60,361 nucleotides of DNA from a bacterium (GTDB lineage: Bacteria; Zixibacteria; MSB-5A5; CAIYYT01): the NCBI GenBank assembly GCA_030631605.1, contig DAOVKV010000001.1:1-60361 (forward strand), read 5' to 3'. The notes beneath the pieces were generated by a model. That model ran no database searches, was not told where the DNA came from, and worked only from the letters and a program-made list of their open reading frames with translations. Positions 26,408 to 36,274 of the stretch are shown here, piece after piece. Every line of letters begins with the position of its first letter. The stretch's first letter is position 1. The position numbers were made by a program, and so were the translations under genes.

Positions 26408-27811
26408 TTATTTACGACAAAGCAGGTACTGGTTTGCGCCAGGAGCAGTTAGCGTCAAGGCTACTTGATACCTTTCCTCGAAATCGTCAGCTTCTAAGAT
26501 TACCCTTGAGGTGGGCAGGTCTGTGGCAATAAATAACCAGTCGGCGGCGACCGAATCGATGAATTCCTTGTAATTCCCTGATCGGTTAAAGGGAATGGCT
26601 TCCGGTGTAATCAGGCCGTCGCGGTCAATGATCGTTCCCCGATAGATGTAGCCAAGATGGCCGATATCCTCGGCGATCACTTTATCTTCTGGCTTAGCGT
26701 GCAGTACCAGGTAGCGTCCCGCTTGCTGATGTATTCTTTCATAGCAATCCATCTCCCAGCGCAGGCTATCCACCCGCCGGTTCAGACCGATAAAGGCCGC
26801 ACCGGCAATGAGCGCTGTCAGCGAAACGATGATCAGGTCTTGGCGAAATGAACGTAGAACGGGTATCCTCTGCCATATATCCTTGATACCGACGGTCGCA
26901 ATAAGAAACATCAACGGATAGACAGGAGCTGGATACCAGAAGAAGATATGAGTTTGAGCCGCTGCCAGAGTGACAAGATAACCGACGACAAAGAGACCGA
27001 TCAAAGAGAGGAGATGTTTCTCTCTCAGCCGGAAGAACATTCCCATCAGAAAGAAGAGCAATAGTATCCAGCCGATCGGCGAGGAAAGCCCAAACACAAA
27101 TTGCAGCGATTTTCCCAAACCCAAGTTCCAGTGAGAATGATAGAGGGCACTCTTGGCAGCGATTGAATTCGGCGCCAGGACACCAAAATAGACGTATGAG
27201 AATGTCAGCCAATTGCCCAGAACAAGCAACACTGGTATCGCTCTCACGATTAGCTGTCGTCGGTCAAGAAACAAAGATACTCCCACGACTGCCAGCAATG
27301 CTATGACCCCTTCCGGCCTGGTGATAGCAGCCAGAGAAGCTGTTGTCACCGCCAGTAGCAGCTTTTTCTGCGCCAGGAGATAGAATGATAAAAGTAACAG
27401 AAACGTGAACAGGGCGGTCTCCATGCCGCTGATGTCGGCGGTTACTGAGCGGGGAAACAGGATATAAAGCAAGGCGGGGAGATACGCCAGTTTCTTCAGC
27501 CCGATTCGTCCTCCCCAACGGTAGAGGATGACCGCCGTCAGAGAGGCTGACGCTATACTGATTGTGAGGGCTGATTTCAGGCTGCCCAGCCCCAGGTGAT
27601 TGCAGCCTGCGATTATCAGGGTGAAGAGTGGGGTAGTAGTACCCAGTACCCGCTCACCCAGGTTATAGACAAAACCGTTGCCAGCGGCGATATTCTCGGC
27701 GTAACGAAAGGAGATGAAGGCATCGTCGACAGCATAACCGGATAATTGCTGTACCAGCAGCCGCACACCTGCCGCCAGACAGAAAAGTAACAGTGGTATT
27801 AACCTGCGCAT
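26408..27811 (-). CDS. Polytopic membrane protein, GT-C-type glycosyltransferase-like
   Basis: 467-aa ORF with many hydrophobic segments. The N-terminal loop DDAFISFRYAENIAAGNGFVYNLGERVLGTTTPLF resembles membrane glycosyl/arabinosyl-transferases. Family assignment is uncertain. Confidence 0.5.
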   Translation of the reverse strand: MRRLIPLLLFCLAAGVRLLVQQLSGYAVDDAFISFRYAENIAAGNGFVYNLGERVLGTTTPLFTLIIAGCNHLGLGSLKSALTISIASASLTAVILYRWGGRIGLKKLAYLPALLYILFPRSVTADISGMETALFTFLLLLSFYLLAQKKLLLAVTTASLAAITRPEGVIALLAVVGVSLFLDRRQLIVRAIPVLLVLGNWLTFSYVYFGVLAPNSIAAKSALYHSHWNLGLGKSLQFVFGLSSPIGWILLLFFLMGMFFRLREKHLLSLIGLFVVGYLVTLAAAQTHIFFWYPAPVYPLMFLIATVGIKDIWQRIPVLRSFRQDLIIVSLTALIAGAAFIGLNRRVDSLRWEMDCYERIHQQAGRYLVLHAKPEDKVIAEDIGHLGYIYRGTIIDRDGLITPEAIPFNRSGNYKEFIDSVAADWLFIATDLPTSRVILEADDFEERYQVALTLTAPGANQYLLCRK

Positions 27812-27841
27812 CGAGCAAAAGATACGATTCCACGAGAGGCA

Positions 27842-27897
27842 GGCAAGAGTTTCATGGCGATCTCATTTTCGACTCACCCTGGCAACAGGAGATTGCT
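27842..27897. repeat. Degenerate copy of the nested-palindrome element (…GGCGATCTC…GAGATTGCTTCGCAATGAC)
   Basis: Inner arms GGCGATCTC (27846-27854) and GAGATTGC (27879-27886), followed by the family tail TTCGCAATGAC. Confidence 0.55.
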
Positions 27898-27957
27898 TCG
27901 CAATGACACTTTTAGGTGTCTATGTTACCTTTTGAAACAGTCTCATATACGTCTGGT

Positions 27958-28866
27958 CTATTTCAAGGAAGCAATAGCCAGCAGAAGAGAGTTGTATTTG
28001 ACCTGAGCGGAATCATCAGCCGATGTGATTACCGCCGGAACTTTACCGCCCAGGGTAACGAGACCATACTCACTCTTAGTGTACATGGCGAATGCCTTGT
28101 AGATGCCGTAGCTGACGGCAAGGTTATGACCGATCAGAATATCGGCATGGCCGGCGACCTCACCTCTAACGCTCTTCTCTTTAGCGGCGGATTCGATCAG
28201 GGCGACATCCATCGACAAGGGACCGTCTACTAAGCAGCCCTTGATCTGTCCCTTGTCAGCCATCTTGGCAATAACCGCCTCGGTAGTGGTTACCGGCATC
28301 TGCGGGTAGATTACCTCTACCGCCGCCAGCAGCGCCGCTTTGGGTTGCTCATATCCGAGTTTATGGGTCAGTGTAACGCCATTGTTCAGAATAGCCACCA
28401 AGTCCATCATCCGCGGGTGCGGGTTGACCACCGGATCGCAGATGAACAGCATCCGGTCAAGCTGGTCTACCTTGCAGGCCATTATGCCGCTGACCAGATT
28501 TTTACCCACGCGAAAGCCCTGATTTCGTTCCAGGATAAGAGAGAGGAAATCAGTAACACCGAAGATGCCTTTGACTAATCCCCCGACCTTATTTCCTTTT
28601 ACCAGTTCGAGTGCCGTGTAAACAGACTCATTCGGCTCGGCTGACCTGACCAGTTCCCAGCCCTTGATGTCAATACCGACTTTATCCGCCGCCTGCGTGA
28701 TCTGTTGCTCATCGCCAATCAGTACCGGTTTGACTAAGCTTTCTCTGACAGTTCGAGCAAGTGTCTCCAGCAGGGCCGGCTCGTGCGGCTCGACACAGGC
28801 AAACAGAATCGGATCGACAGCCTTTGCGCGAGCCAGCTCTTCAATCCGGGAGAAACCGGCGATCAT
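27958..28866 (-). CDS. Phosphate acetyl/butyryl-transferase family protein (paralogue 1)
   Basis: 302-aa ORF with Pta/Ptb-like length and motifs (PVLIGDEQQI, GLVKG, HADILIG). 4-nt overlap with the upstream paralogue. Confidence 0.7.
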   Translation of the reverse strand: MIAGFSRIEELARAKAVDPILFACVEPHEPALLETLARTVRESLVKPVLIGDEQQITQAADKVGIDIKGWELVRSAEPNESVYTALELVKGNKVGGLVKGIFGVTDFLSLILERNQGFRVGKNLVSGIMACKVDQLDRMLFICDPVVNPHPRMMDLVAILNNGVTLTHKLGYEQPKAALLAAVEVIYPQMPVTTTEAVIAKMADKGQIKGCLVDGPLSMDVALIESAAKEKSVRGEVAGHADILIGHNLAVSYGIYKAFAMYTKSEYGLVTLGGKVPAVITSADDSAQVKYNSLLLAIASLK

Positions 28867-29807
28867 TTGCCGCCCCTCTGAAGATGGTGAGAGAGAAGAC
28901 AGGCGATAGACACCGAGGCCAGTTTGTTGCGCGCGGTATCGGTTCGTGACACTAAGCTGACCGGCACGCCGGCGCCAACGATGACACCTGCAAAAGTAGC
29001 AGGCGAAAAGAGAATCATTACCTTCGAGACAACATTACATTCCTCGATCGAATCAACTAAGAAGATGTCGGCGTCACCGGCGACATGATTATCGATACCC
29101 CGCCGTGAGGCGACGTCGCGTGAAGTGGCAGCGTCAAAGGTAAGCGGGCCGAAAACCTCACAAGCGGCGATTTCACCCTTACCGGCCATGCTGGTCAGTT
29201 GTGCCGCCTCGGTAGTGGCCGGCATTTTGTGGTGGATATAGTCGACCGGAGCCGAGACCGCTACTTTCGGCTTCTCGTAACCAAGCGCATGAAACAGAGT
29301 GATGGCGTTTTCAATCAGTTGAACCTTTTGTTCAAACGTGGGTTTGACCACCATGCCGCCGTCGGTGATGCCGAGCAGCTTATGGTAGCCGGGGATATCA
29401 AGTACGGCGACATGGCTGAGTGTATTCTTACCCCGCAGAGAGAAATCGCGGGATAATACCGTTTTCAGCAGCGCCGAAGTGGAGAGAAAACCTTTCATGA
29501 TAACATCCGCTTCACCCTTATCCGCTGCCTCTGCCGCCAGGTAAGCGGAACGGGCGGCACTGTCCGAGTCGACGATGGCAAACTGGCTGAGATCAAGGGA
29601 AGCTGAGGCGATGATCTCTTTTAGTTTTGGCGCGGCGCCGTAAAGCGTGAATTGAGCGATTCCCGCTTCGGTGGCTTTGGCGGCCGCTGCCAAAACATCA
29701 GCGTCCTCAGCCGCTGCCACCGCCACCCGGAAAGGCCGATGCTTGTCAGCCAGCGCTCTGGCGGTGTCGATGATCTGGTCTGATGATGTTATCGGTTCCG
29801 CACTCAT
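28863..29807 (-). CDS. Phosphate acetyl/butyryl-transferase family protein (paralogue 2)
   Basis: 314-aa ORF with a Pta/Ptb-like pattern (FRVAVAAAEDADVLAAA, IMKGFLST, GDADIFLV). Confidence 0.7.
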   Translation of the reverse strand: MSAEPITSSDQIIDTARALADKHRPFRVAVAAAEDADVLAAAAKATEAGIAQFTLYGAAPKLKEIIASASLDLSQFAIVDSDSAARSAYLAAEAADKGEADVIMKGFLSTSALLKTVLSRDFSLRGKNTLSHVAVLDIPGYHKLLGITDGGMVVKPTFEQKVQLIENAITLFHALGYEKPKVAVSAPVDYIHHKMPATTEAAQLTSMAGKGEIAACEVFGPLTFDAATSRDVASRRGIDNHVAGDADIFLVDSIEECNVVSKVMILFSPATFAGVIVGAGVPVSLVSRTDTARNKLASVSIACLLSHHLQRGGK

Positions 29808-30005
29808 GGTTCTGCCAATTTATGGCAATGGTCGGTTGCTGTCAACGACTATGCTGAGGTTTTCTCTACCAGAGGAAGTATCCTTTTCCTGTTTCCTTGA
29901 CAACGGCGATATTCTCCCCTATTCTGGCAATGTGAAAACTCAGAAGAGAACTCAGAGCGGGTTGTCTGGAAGCGGTTTGTGTGACTATAACACGTGAGGT
30001 ACAAG

Positions 30006-30785
30006 ATGGAGTACAAGAACATCGATATTCTCGTAGATGGCGCCAAGGCGACAATTACCATCAATCGCCCCAAGGCGCTTAATGCGCTCAATAGCAATAC
30101 TCTCGCTGAGATCGGTGTGGCTTTTTCGGAGTTGGAAGCGAGCGAGGTGCGTGTTTGCATAATCACCGGCGCCGGCGAGAAAGCATTCGTGGCGGGGGCT
30201 GACATCGCCGAATTGAAAGAATGTAATGTCATGGGCGCCAAGCAGCTTGCCGAGCTGGGGCATGAGTTATTCAAGCAGATCGAGGATTCGGTGATCATCA
30301 CGATAGCTGCCATCAACGGTTTCGCGCTGGGTGGCGGCTGCGAGTTGGCATTGTCCGCCGACATCCGCCTTGCTTCGGAGACCGCCAGGCTGGGCCAACC
30401 GGAGGTCAGTCTAGGGATCATTCCCGGGTTCGGTGGCACTCAGCGTCTCGCCCGCCTGGTCGGCAAGGGTCGCGCCAAGGAATTGATCCTTACCGGTCGA
30501 ATGGTTGACGCCGCTGAAGCGCTGCGGATCGGCCTGGTGGAGGCGGTCTATCCGGCGGATAGACTGATCGAGGAAGCTGGCAAGCTGGCGGATACGATCC
30601 TCGCCAAGGGGCCGCTGGCAGTGCAATTCGCCAAGAAAGCGATCAACATCGGCCTCGACTTTGACCTTGCCAATGCCAGCCAGTATGAAATCATCTCATT
30701 TGCCGCGCTGTTTGGCACTGCTGACAAGGATGAAGGCCTGACAGCATTCTTAGAGAAGCGCAAAGCGGAGTTCAAGGGAAAATAG
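30006..30785 (+). CDS. Enoyl-CoA hydratase (crotonase family)
   Basis: MEYKNIDILVDGAKATITINRPKALNAL, ITGAGEKAFVAGADI and AAINGFALGGGCELALSADIR. I prefer ATG 30006 (preceded by GAGGT) over the track start GTG 29994. Confidence 0.85.
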   Translation: MEYKNIDILVDGAKATITINRPKALNALNSNTLAEIGVAFSELEASEVRVCIITGAGEKAFVAGADIAELKECNVMGAKQLAELGHELFKQIEDSVIITIAAINGFALGGGCELALSADIRLASETARLGQPEVSLGIIPGFGGTQRLARLVGKGRAKELILTGRMVDAAEALRIGLVEAVYPADRLIEEAGKLADTILAKGPLAVQFAKKAINIGLDFDLANASQYEIISFAALFGTADKDEGLTAFLEKRKAEFKGK

Positions 30786-30852
30786 TCCTCTGATTATACG
30801 AGTGTCTCCAAGTTTCAGGTAACTCACTCCTCCGAGGTGGGTGAATCGCATC

Positions 30853-31016
30853 CCAAGGAGACTGTCTCAAAGTCTCAAAAAGAGTCGTTGCGAGGAGCGG
30901 CTCCCGCGACGAAGCAATCTCCAAACCAATGGCCAGTAATGGATTGAGATTGCTTCGCTTCGCTCGCAATGACAACAGGTGACGCCTACCCTGACTTTTG
31001 AGACAGCCTCCAAGGG
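30853..31016. repeat. ~165-bp nested imperfect palindrome (gtcgttgcgag…ctcgcaatgac family)
   Basis: Outer arms CCAAGGAGACTGTCTCAAAG / CTTTTGAGACAGCCTCCAAGG. Middle arms GTCGTTGCGAG / CTCGCAATGAC. Inner arms CGAAGCAATCTC / GAGATTGCTTCG. It produces a spurious 106-aa minus-strand ORF. Confidence 0.8.
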
Positions 31017-31079
31017 GTGCGATACCCAGTGACGGTATAGAGCTCCTCCTGAAGCAACGTTTCATGAGGTGGCAGGCAT

Positions 31080-32588
31080 ATGTTCTTGCCACTGCCTGTC
31101 CACTTTTTCACTCAATATCTTGCCTCCTGTTCCGATATGAAAAGTACGGGAACGTGGTTTAAGACTGAAACCTATGGTGCCAAAATGACTGCTATCTCGA
31201 CCGGAACAGTTGCAGCAGAGACCGATACAGAAGACAAGCTCCATGAATTAATTGAGCTTCTTCACGTCAAGGTCTCGCGTCTGGCGAATCTGCTGACGCC
31301 GATGGAACTGAGGGACGCTATTCACAAGCGTCTCGGCGCGTTCCTTCGTGTGTCGGGCGTTGACCTGCAGATTTTGGTACAACCACCTAAAGCTGAAACC
31401 AGCCAGCGATTAACCGAAAGGGGGGTGAACATCCCCCTGACCGCTGCCGCCGGCGACTACCTGCTACGGTTGGAATTTGAAATGCCGCAAATATCATCTG
31501 AGGCCAAACGGTCGATTTTCCTGGCACTGGTCGCTGCCCTTGATGACCTGATTACTATCTATACTCACAGAGACTGGAATACAACTGCTGAGTCCGGTTT
31601 TCCTGAGAACATGATTACGGTCGCTGCCAATGATGGGAAGATATTGACCTGTTCGGAGGCAGCGGCGCAGTGTTTCGGTATCGAACCGGGAAAGATGCTA
31701 TTGGAGGACATCACTACCGAGGAATGTCGCGAGTATCTACGTAACTTCCTGTCCGCAGCGGGCAAGGACGATGCGCAATCCCGACAAATGTTCACCATGC
31801 GCAAGGGTTCGACCGGTAAAATCGATATTGAAATGGCGATAATAGATCGCGACCGTAATGAAATCACCTGTTCGCTCAGTGAGGTTGGTGCCGCTGTCAA
31901 CGCCCCACCGCCGCAGTACTCCCCGGCTCATGTGGCGGAAGGACTGGCTCATCGCCTGCGCAGTCCTCTCACTACGATCATGTCCTGCTGCAGCCAGTTG
32001 CTGGCATCCACCAAGTCAATTATCGACAGTGAAGAAGAGGATTTCCTCAAGTGGATCGACAAGGCTGCCGGACTACAGAATCGCACGATCGACCGTTACC
32101 TTATGCTCTATGGACCTGTACACACTGCCCTTCGCTCTTGTGACCTGAACAAGCTGCTGTTGACAGTTGCCGAAGAATACCAAACCCGCTACGGCGACCG
32201 ACTTGAGATTCAGCCGGCGGGCAAGGGGAGAGCCCACCTCGATATCGATCTCATGTTGCTGGCAATCAGTGAACTGCTTGATAATGCATTTGAAGCGGAT
32301 AACAACCACAAAGTCTCGTTTAGCTGGGAAAACGACGGCGGGAAAATGATTTTCAAGATTGTCAATGCCTGTGAGGATGATCTGCCGGAGTTCACCAGGC
32401 ATTTCTGCGAACCGTTTCATACAACCAAGTCGGAGCATGTCGGGCTCGGCCTCGCTATCGCCAAACATTATCTTTCCCTGTTCGGTGGTGAGTTGCGGGC
32501 AGCCGTACTCTCCGGAAAAGTGACCATTACTGTTCAACTGCCGTTAGAGCAGAACCCAACTCCCAACTCTCAGCAGGAAAGGAACTAA
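31080..32588 (+). CDS. Sensor histidine kinase (PAS-like + HisKA + HATPase_c); no obvious TM segment
   Basis: H-box EGLAHRLRSPLTTI. ATP-lid region ELLDNAFEA...HVGLGLAIAKHYL. ATG 31080 preceded by GAGGTGG. The start is uncertain. Confidence 0.75.
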   Translation: MFLPLPVHFFTQYLASCSDMKSTGTWFKTETYGAKMTAISTGTVAAETDTEDKLHELIELLHVKVSRLANLLTPMELRDAIHKRLGAFLRVSGVDLQILVQPPKAETSQRLTERGVNIPLTAAAGDYLLRLEFEMPQISSEAKRSIFLALVAALDDLITIYTHRDWNTTAESGFPENMITVAANDGKILTCSEAAAQCFGIEPGKMLLEDITTEECREYLRNFLSAAGKDDAQSRQMFTMRKGSTGKIDIEMAIIDRDRNEITCSLSEVGAAVNAPPPQYSPAHVAEGLAHRLRSPLTTIMSCCSQLLASTKSIIDSEEEDFLKWIDKAAGLQNRTIDRYLMLYGPVHTALRSCDLNKLLLTVAEEYQTRYGDRLEIQPAGKGRAHLDIDLMLLAISELLDNAFEADNNHKVSFSWENDGGKMIFKIVNACEDDLPEFTRHFCEPFHTTKSEHVGLGLAIAKHYLSLFGGELRAAVLSGKVTITVQLPLEQNPTPNSQQERN

Positions 32589-32591
32589 AGT

Positions 32592-33950
32592 ATGCCCTCC
32601 ATACTTATCGTTGATGATGATCAGATTTTGTGTTCTACCCTGACAAAGCTGCTGAGCGGTCACGGTTATGATGTAGCCGCAGCCGGCTCAGCGGAGGAAG
32701 CGGACAAACTGCTCGGGCAAACGATCTATGATCTAGTCGTAACCGACCTGCGCCTGCCGGGTCGCTCCGGCATCGATATCATCAAAAACGTAAAGGCAAC
32801 CATGCCTGACACCGAACTGGTGATGCTGACCGGCCATGGCTCGATCGACAGCGCTGTGGAAGCGATGAAACTGGGCGCCGGCGACTACCTCACCAAACCC
32901 TTTCAAGATGAGGAACTATTGCTGGTAATCGAGAAGGCCCTGCACCAGCAAAAGCTGAAGAACGAATTGAAACACTTAAAACGCGCCTTTGCTGAGACAT
33001 TTAATGTCGACAATATCATCGGCACTTCTCCCGCAATTAAAAAGATCGTTGACATCGTCAAGCAGATCGCACCACAGGATATAAGTGTCCTGATTACAGG
33101 TGGTTCCGGAACCGGCAAGGAGCTCTTCGCCAAGGCAATCCACAACAACTCGCCGCGCGCCGAATGCAAGTTTGTCGCTATCAATTGCTCGGCGATGCCC
33201 GACTTGCTGCTGGAATCGGAGCTTTTCGGGCATGTCAAGGGTGCTTTCACCTCGGCAGCCGCCAACAAGAAAGGACTTTTTGAAGAGGCCGACGGCGGTA
33301 CTATTTTCTTAGACGAAGTGGGAGATATGTCGCCCTCGCTGCAGGCCAAGTTGCTGCGGGTGTTGCAGGAGGAAGAAATCCGTCCAGTCGGTTCCAATCA
33401 AACAAACAGGATAAATGTGCGGGTGATCGCCGCCACCAACAAGGCTCTCGAATCGTTAGTGGCACAAAACCGTTTCCGCGAAGATCTTTACTATCGCCTT
33501 AATGTGATCTCACTGAAGATACCACCCCTCGCCGAGCGTTGCGAGGATATCGTTCCCCTGGCCCATCATTTCCTGAGGAAGTATTGCCGTCATTTCAAGA
33601 AGACTGATATGACTCTGACCCAGGCCGCCTGTGATAAGCTGGTTACACATAATTGGCCGGGAAACGTGCGCGAACTGGAGAATACGATCAAGCGTGCGGT
33701 GGCGCTCTCGATCAGTGACACCATCGACGTGGCGAATCTCTTCCTGATGGAACCGGTACGTATGCGAACCACGACAACCGCAGGGGATAGCATCGCCCGC
33801 GGCTTGTCACTGGCGGAAATGCAACAGCAACATATCCTGAGAAGTCTCAAGGAGAATAACTGGAACTACTCGTTGACGGCCAGCAAGCTCGGTATCGGCC
33901 GTACCACTCTCTGGCGAAAGGTCAAGAAGTTCAACTTAGCCAAGTCGTGA
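32592..33950 (+). CDS. Sigma-54-dependent response regulator (NtrC family)
   Basis: REC domain (ILIVDDD...DLVVTDLRLPG). AAA+ domain (VLITGGSGTGKELFA, GAFTSA, ESELFGH). C-terminal Fis-type HTH (SKLGIGRTTLWRKVKK). Confidence 0.9.
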   Translation: MPSILIVDDDQILCSTLTKLLSGHGYDVAAAGSAEEADKLLGQTIYDLVVTDLRLPGRSGIDIIKNVKATMPDTELVMLTGHGSIDSAVEAMKLGAGDYLTKPFQDEELLLVIEKALHQQKLKNELKHLKRAFAETFNVDNIIGTSPAIKKIVDIVKQIAPQDISVLITGGSGTGKELFAKAIHNNSPRAECKFVAINCSAMPDLLLESELFGHVKGAFTSAAANKKGLFEEADGGTIFLDEVGDMSPSLQAKLLRVLQEEEIRPVGSNQTNRINVRVIAATNKALESLVAQNRFREDLYYRLNVISLKIPPLAERCEDIVPLAHHFLRKYCRHFKKTDMTLTQAACDKLVTHNWPGNVRELENTIKRAVALSISDTIDVANLFLMEPVRMRTTTTAGDSIARGLSLAEMQQQHILRSLKENNWNYSLTASKLGIGRTTLWRKVKKFNLAKS

Positions 33951-34025
33951 TTTTCTTCCAGCCGTGGTCTCACCCGGCAGGGTGGCGGGGACTTAGGGAA
34001 GGCATACTTGATCGCGTTACTTCAC

Positions 34026-34064
34026 CAGGCCGTAGGGCGCCAACACCCGACGGCCTGTTTTTTT
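34026..34064 (+). terminator. Rho-independent terminator after the response regulator gene
   Basis: 8-bp stem CAGGCCGT...ACGGCCTG followed by T7. Confidence 0.6.
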
Positions 34065-34137
34065 CAGATGGAAAATCCCATTCGCAGGACAAGCGCGAGG
34101 AGGTTGTCCCAAAAGCAAGCATAGACGATGGAACCCG

Positions 34138-34188
34138 GTCATTGCGAGTTCGGCGGCTGCCGTCCGCCTGCGGCGGACTCGCAATGAC
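34138..34188. repeat. Short copy of the gtcattgcgag…ctcgcaatgac palindrome
   Basis: 12-bp arms GTCATTGCGAGT / ACTCGCAATGAC around a 27-nt GC-rich loop. Confidence 0.8.
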
Positions 34189-34213
34189 ACGGCTTGTGGG
34201 ACGGCCTCCGAAC

Positions 34214-34243
34214 GTCGAAAGTACAAGACTTTCGACCTACAAG
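34214..34243 (-). repeat. REP-like hairpin with GTAG head (copy 2)
   Basis: Plus strand reads GTCGAAAGT-acaag-ACTTTCGAC-CTACAAG. Confidence 0.6.
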
Positions 34244-34347
34244 AAACTTCCGACATTCACCCTGCGGATCATGAGAGTAGGGGCACGTTGCTACGTGCCC
34301 AAGCCCATAAGGCAAACAGCCTGCGCGCCTGGTTTGGTAACTCAAGA

Positions 34348-34375
34348 TTGACAATCCTGGCATGACTACTATAAT
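34348..34375 (+). promoter_or_regulatory. Sigma-70-type promoter, TTGACA-N16-TATAAT
   Basis: Consensus hexamers read directly from the sequence. The -10 hexamer ends 6 nt before ATG 34382. Confidence 0.5.
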
Positions 34376-34381
34376 GGGTGT

Positions 34382-36274
34382 ATGTATCGACTGGTCTCAA
34401 TCTTGATCGCCATACTTCTCTGTCTTGGTTTTTTCTTGTTCGGAACTCATATCACGCAAACTTTCTCTATTGGTATAGATTTTGAGGGCCAACGGCAGCA
34501 GATAACCGAGAGCAAGATTAACTGGCGCTCCTGGAATCGTAAGACATTGACCGTGGCAGCGCAAACGGATAAGCCTATCTTCCTCTATTTATCCCCCTTC
34601 TGGTGCGGTCGCTGCACGCAAATGGAGATGGTAACACTCAATCACGACTCTGTCGCCAACCTGATAAACCACAAATACGTTCCCATCAAAGTTGATCCCG
34701 GACGTTACCCCAATGTCGCCGAGCGCTACCAGCTCGGCGGTTATCCGTCATCGGTCATTCTGACACCGGACGGCAGAACTATTGGCGGCGGCACTTACCT
34801 GGGACCTGATTCTCTTGGCAAGCTGCTGACCGACATCGACCGTATCTGGCATCGTAACCGACCGGCAATTGAAGCACAGGCAAACCGACTGCGGGAGCGT
34901 TTCGCCGCCGCTGTTGATTCGTTGATTGGACGTCCGTTATCCAATGAAGTGCTGACTGAGGTGCAGAAGCTGTTGACCGATCAATTTGATTCCACCTATG
35001 GTGGATTCGGCACGCAGCCGAAATTCCCCCTGCCTGAAGTCGTACGCTTCATGCTTGGCGCCGTCCGGCCGGATGGTGTTCCTCTATATGCGGAAATGCT
35101 CACCAGCACACTGGCAGCGCAGCTTGGTCTGATCGATACGGTTTGGGGTGGTTGCTATCGCTATGCCCGCTTTGCTGACTGGAGCAGTCCCAGCCATGAA
35201 AAGCTGCTGGCTGATAACGCCCAACTGCTGAACAGCTACCTCGACGCCTATCTTGCCACCGGCGAGGAGAATTACAAATCGGCCGCTGAACAGATCATCA
35301 GATATATGGATCATTTCCTGAAAACAAACAGGGGTTGGGGCTTTTGTAACAGCCAGCATGCCGACTTACCCGCTCCCGACGGCTACATCGAGGGAGAGGA
35401 CTATTATTCGCACAACGACGAGCAGCGTCGGCGTTATGGTATCCCGCCGGTCGATTCCTCCATCTACACCGAGGCCAACTGCTATGCGGTCAGAGCCTAT
35501 CTCAAGGCGGCGCAGGTTCTGGGACGCGACGATTGTCGCGCTTATGCTATCGAGACGCTGGAAAACGTTCGGATCAAGGCTAAGGGAGCTGACGGCGGCT
35601 TGTATCACGACGTTGTCAATCATCGTCAGGCGCCTTTTGGGTTGCTGCCCGATCAGGTTGTCTGCGTCCTGGCGCTGCTGGATGCCTATGAAATGACCGG
35701 CGATAAAAGATACCTGTCGCAGGCTGCGGAGATAGTCGACTTCTTCGAAAGGCGGCTGGCTGACTGGACAATGAAGGGATTGATGTTTGAGCTGCCTGAG
35801 GAAGACCGCACCGGCAGGATGGAAATCACTATTAGACCCTATGGCGTCAACTGTCAGGCGGTGGTGGCGCTCATGCGGCTCTATCATCTGACCGCTGAAA
35901 CTCGCTACCGGCAGGCGGCCGCGACCACCCTCGCTTATCTCTACCGCGTACCCCTCGCTAGTGACGATCTGCGTCTCTGTCAGTATGCCAACTCCTTTCT
36001 CTGGCATTCCCTCTACCCGGTGATATTTGTTTTGATCAGCGCTCTTGACGCCAGCAATGAAAGTTTCCTGCATGAACTTTGGGGAGGCTATTATCCCCGG
36101 TCAATTGTGGTTCAGTTGCGAACCGGTCAGGATAGCCTGCGGCTGGGCGAACTGACGTTTCCGCCCTCAGAGAAACCTATTCTTATCATCTGCCGACAGA
36201 ACAGTTGCTCGGCACCAATCGAGGAACCGGAGCAGGCCACCGCCGAGATCAGGGCCTTTTTAGCCGCCTACTAA
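34382..36274 (+). CDS. Thioredoxin-domain protein of the YyaL/DUF255 type (thioredoxin fold plus six-hairpin-glycosidase-like domain)
   Basis: 630-aa ORF with an N-terminal anchor. PIFLYLSPFWCGRCTQME is a variant of the DUF255 CxxC region. FGTQPKFP and LLADNAQLL are motifs typical of the family. Confidence 0.8.
   Translation: MYRLVSILIAILLCLGFFLFGTHITQTFSIGIDFEGQRQQITESKINWRSWNRKTLTVAAQTDKPIFLYLSPFWCGRCTQMEMVTLNHDSVANLINHKYVPIKVDPGRYPNVAERYQLGGYPSSVILTPDGRTIGGGTYLGPDSLGKLLTDIDRIWHRNRPAIEAQANRLRERFAAAVDSLIGRPLSNEVLTEVQKLLTDQFDSTYGGFGTQPKFPLPEVVRFMLGAVRPDGVPLYAEMLTSTLAAQLGLIDTVWGGCYRYARFADWSSPSHEKLLADNAQLLNSYLDAYLATGEENYKSAAEQIIRYMDHFLKTNRGWGFCNSQHADLPAPDGYIEGEDYYSHNDEQRRRYGIPPVDSSIYTEANCYAVRAYLKAAQVLGRDDCRAYAIETLENVRIKAKGADGGLYHDVVNHRQAPFGLLPDQVVCVLALLDAYEMTGDKRYLSQAAEIVDFFERRLADWTMKGLMFELPEEDRTGRMEITIRPYGVNCQAVVALMRLYHLTAETRYRQAAATTLAYLYRVPLASDDLRLCQYANSFLWHSLYPVIFVLISALDASNESFLHELWGGYYPRSIVVQLRTGQDSLRLGELTFPPSEKPILIICRQNSCSAPIEEPEQATAEIRAFLAAY

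Noticed and set aside
30772-31092. 106-aa minus-strand ORF, and similarly 33947..34351, 34017..34256, 34139..34363 and 36205..36432.
   Set aside because: They run through the nested palindromic repeats. The peptides (…SLRAKRSNL…, …LAMT…) are the mirror-image translations expected from hairpin DNA, not genes.
34356-34372. Sigma-54-like TGGCAT upstream of the YyaL-type gene.
   Set aside because: No TTGC/TGC element lies at the required 10-nt spacing. The region is better explained by a consensus sigma-70 promoter.
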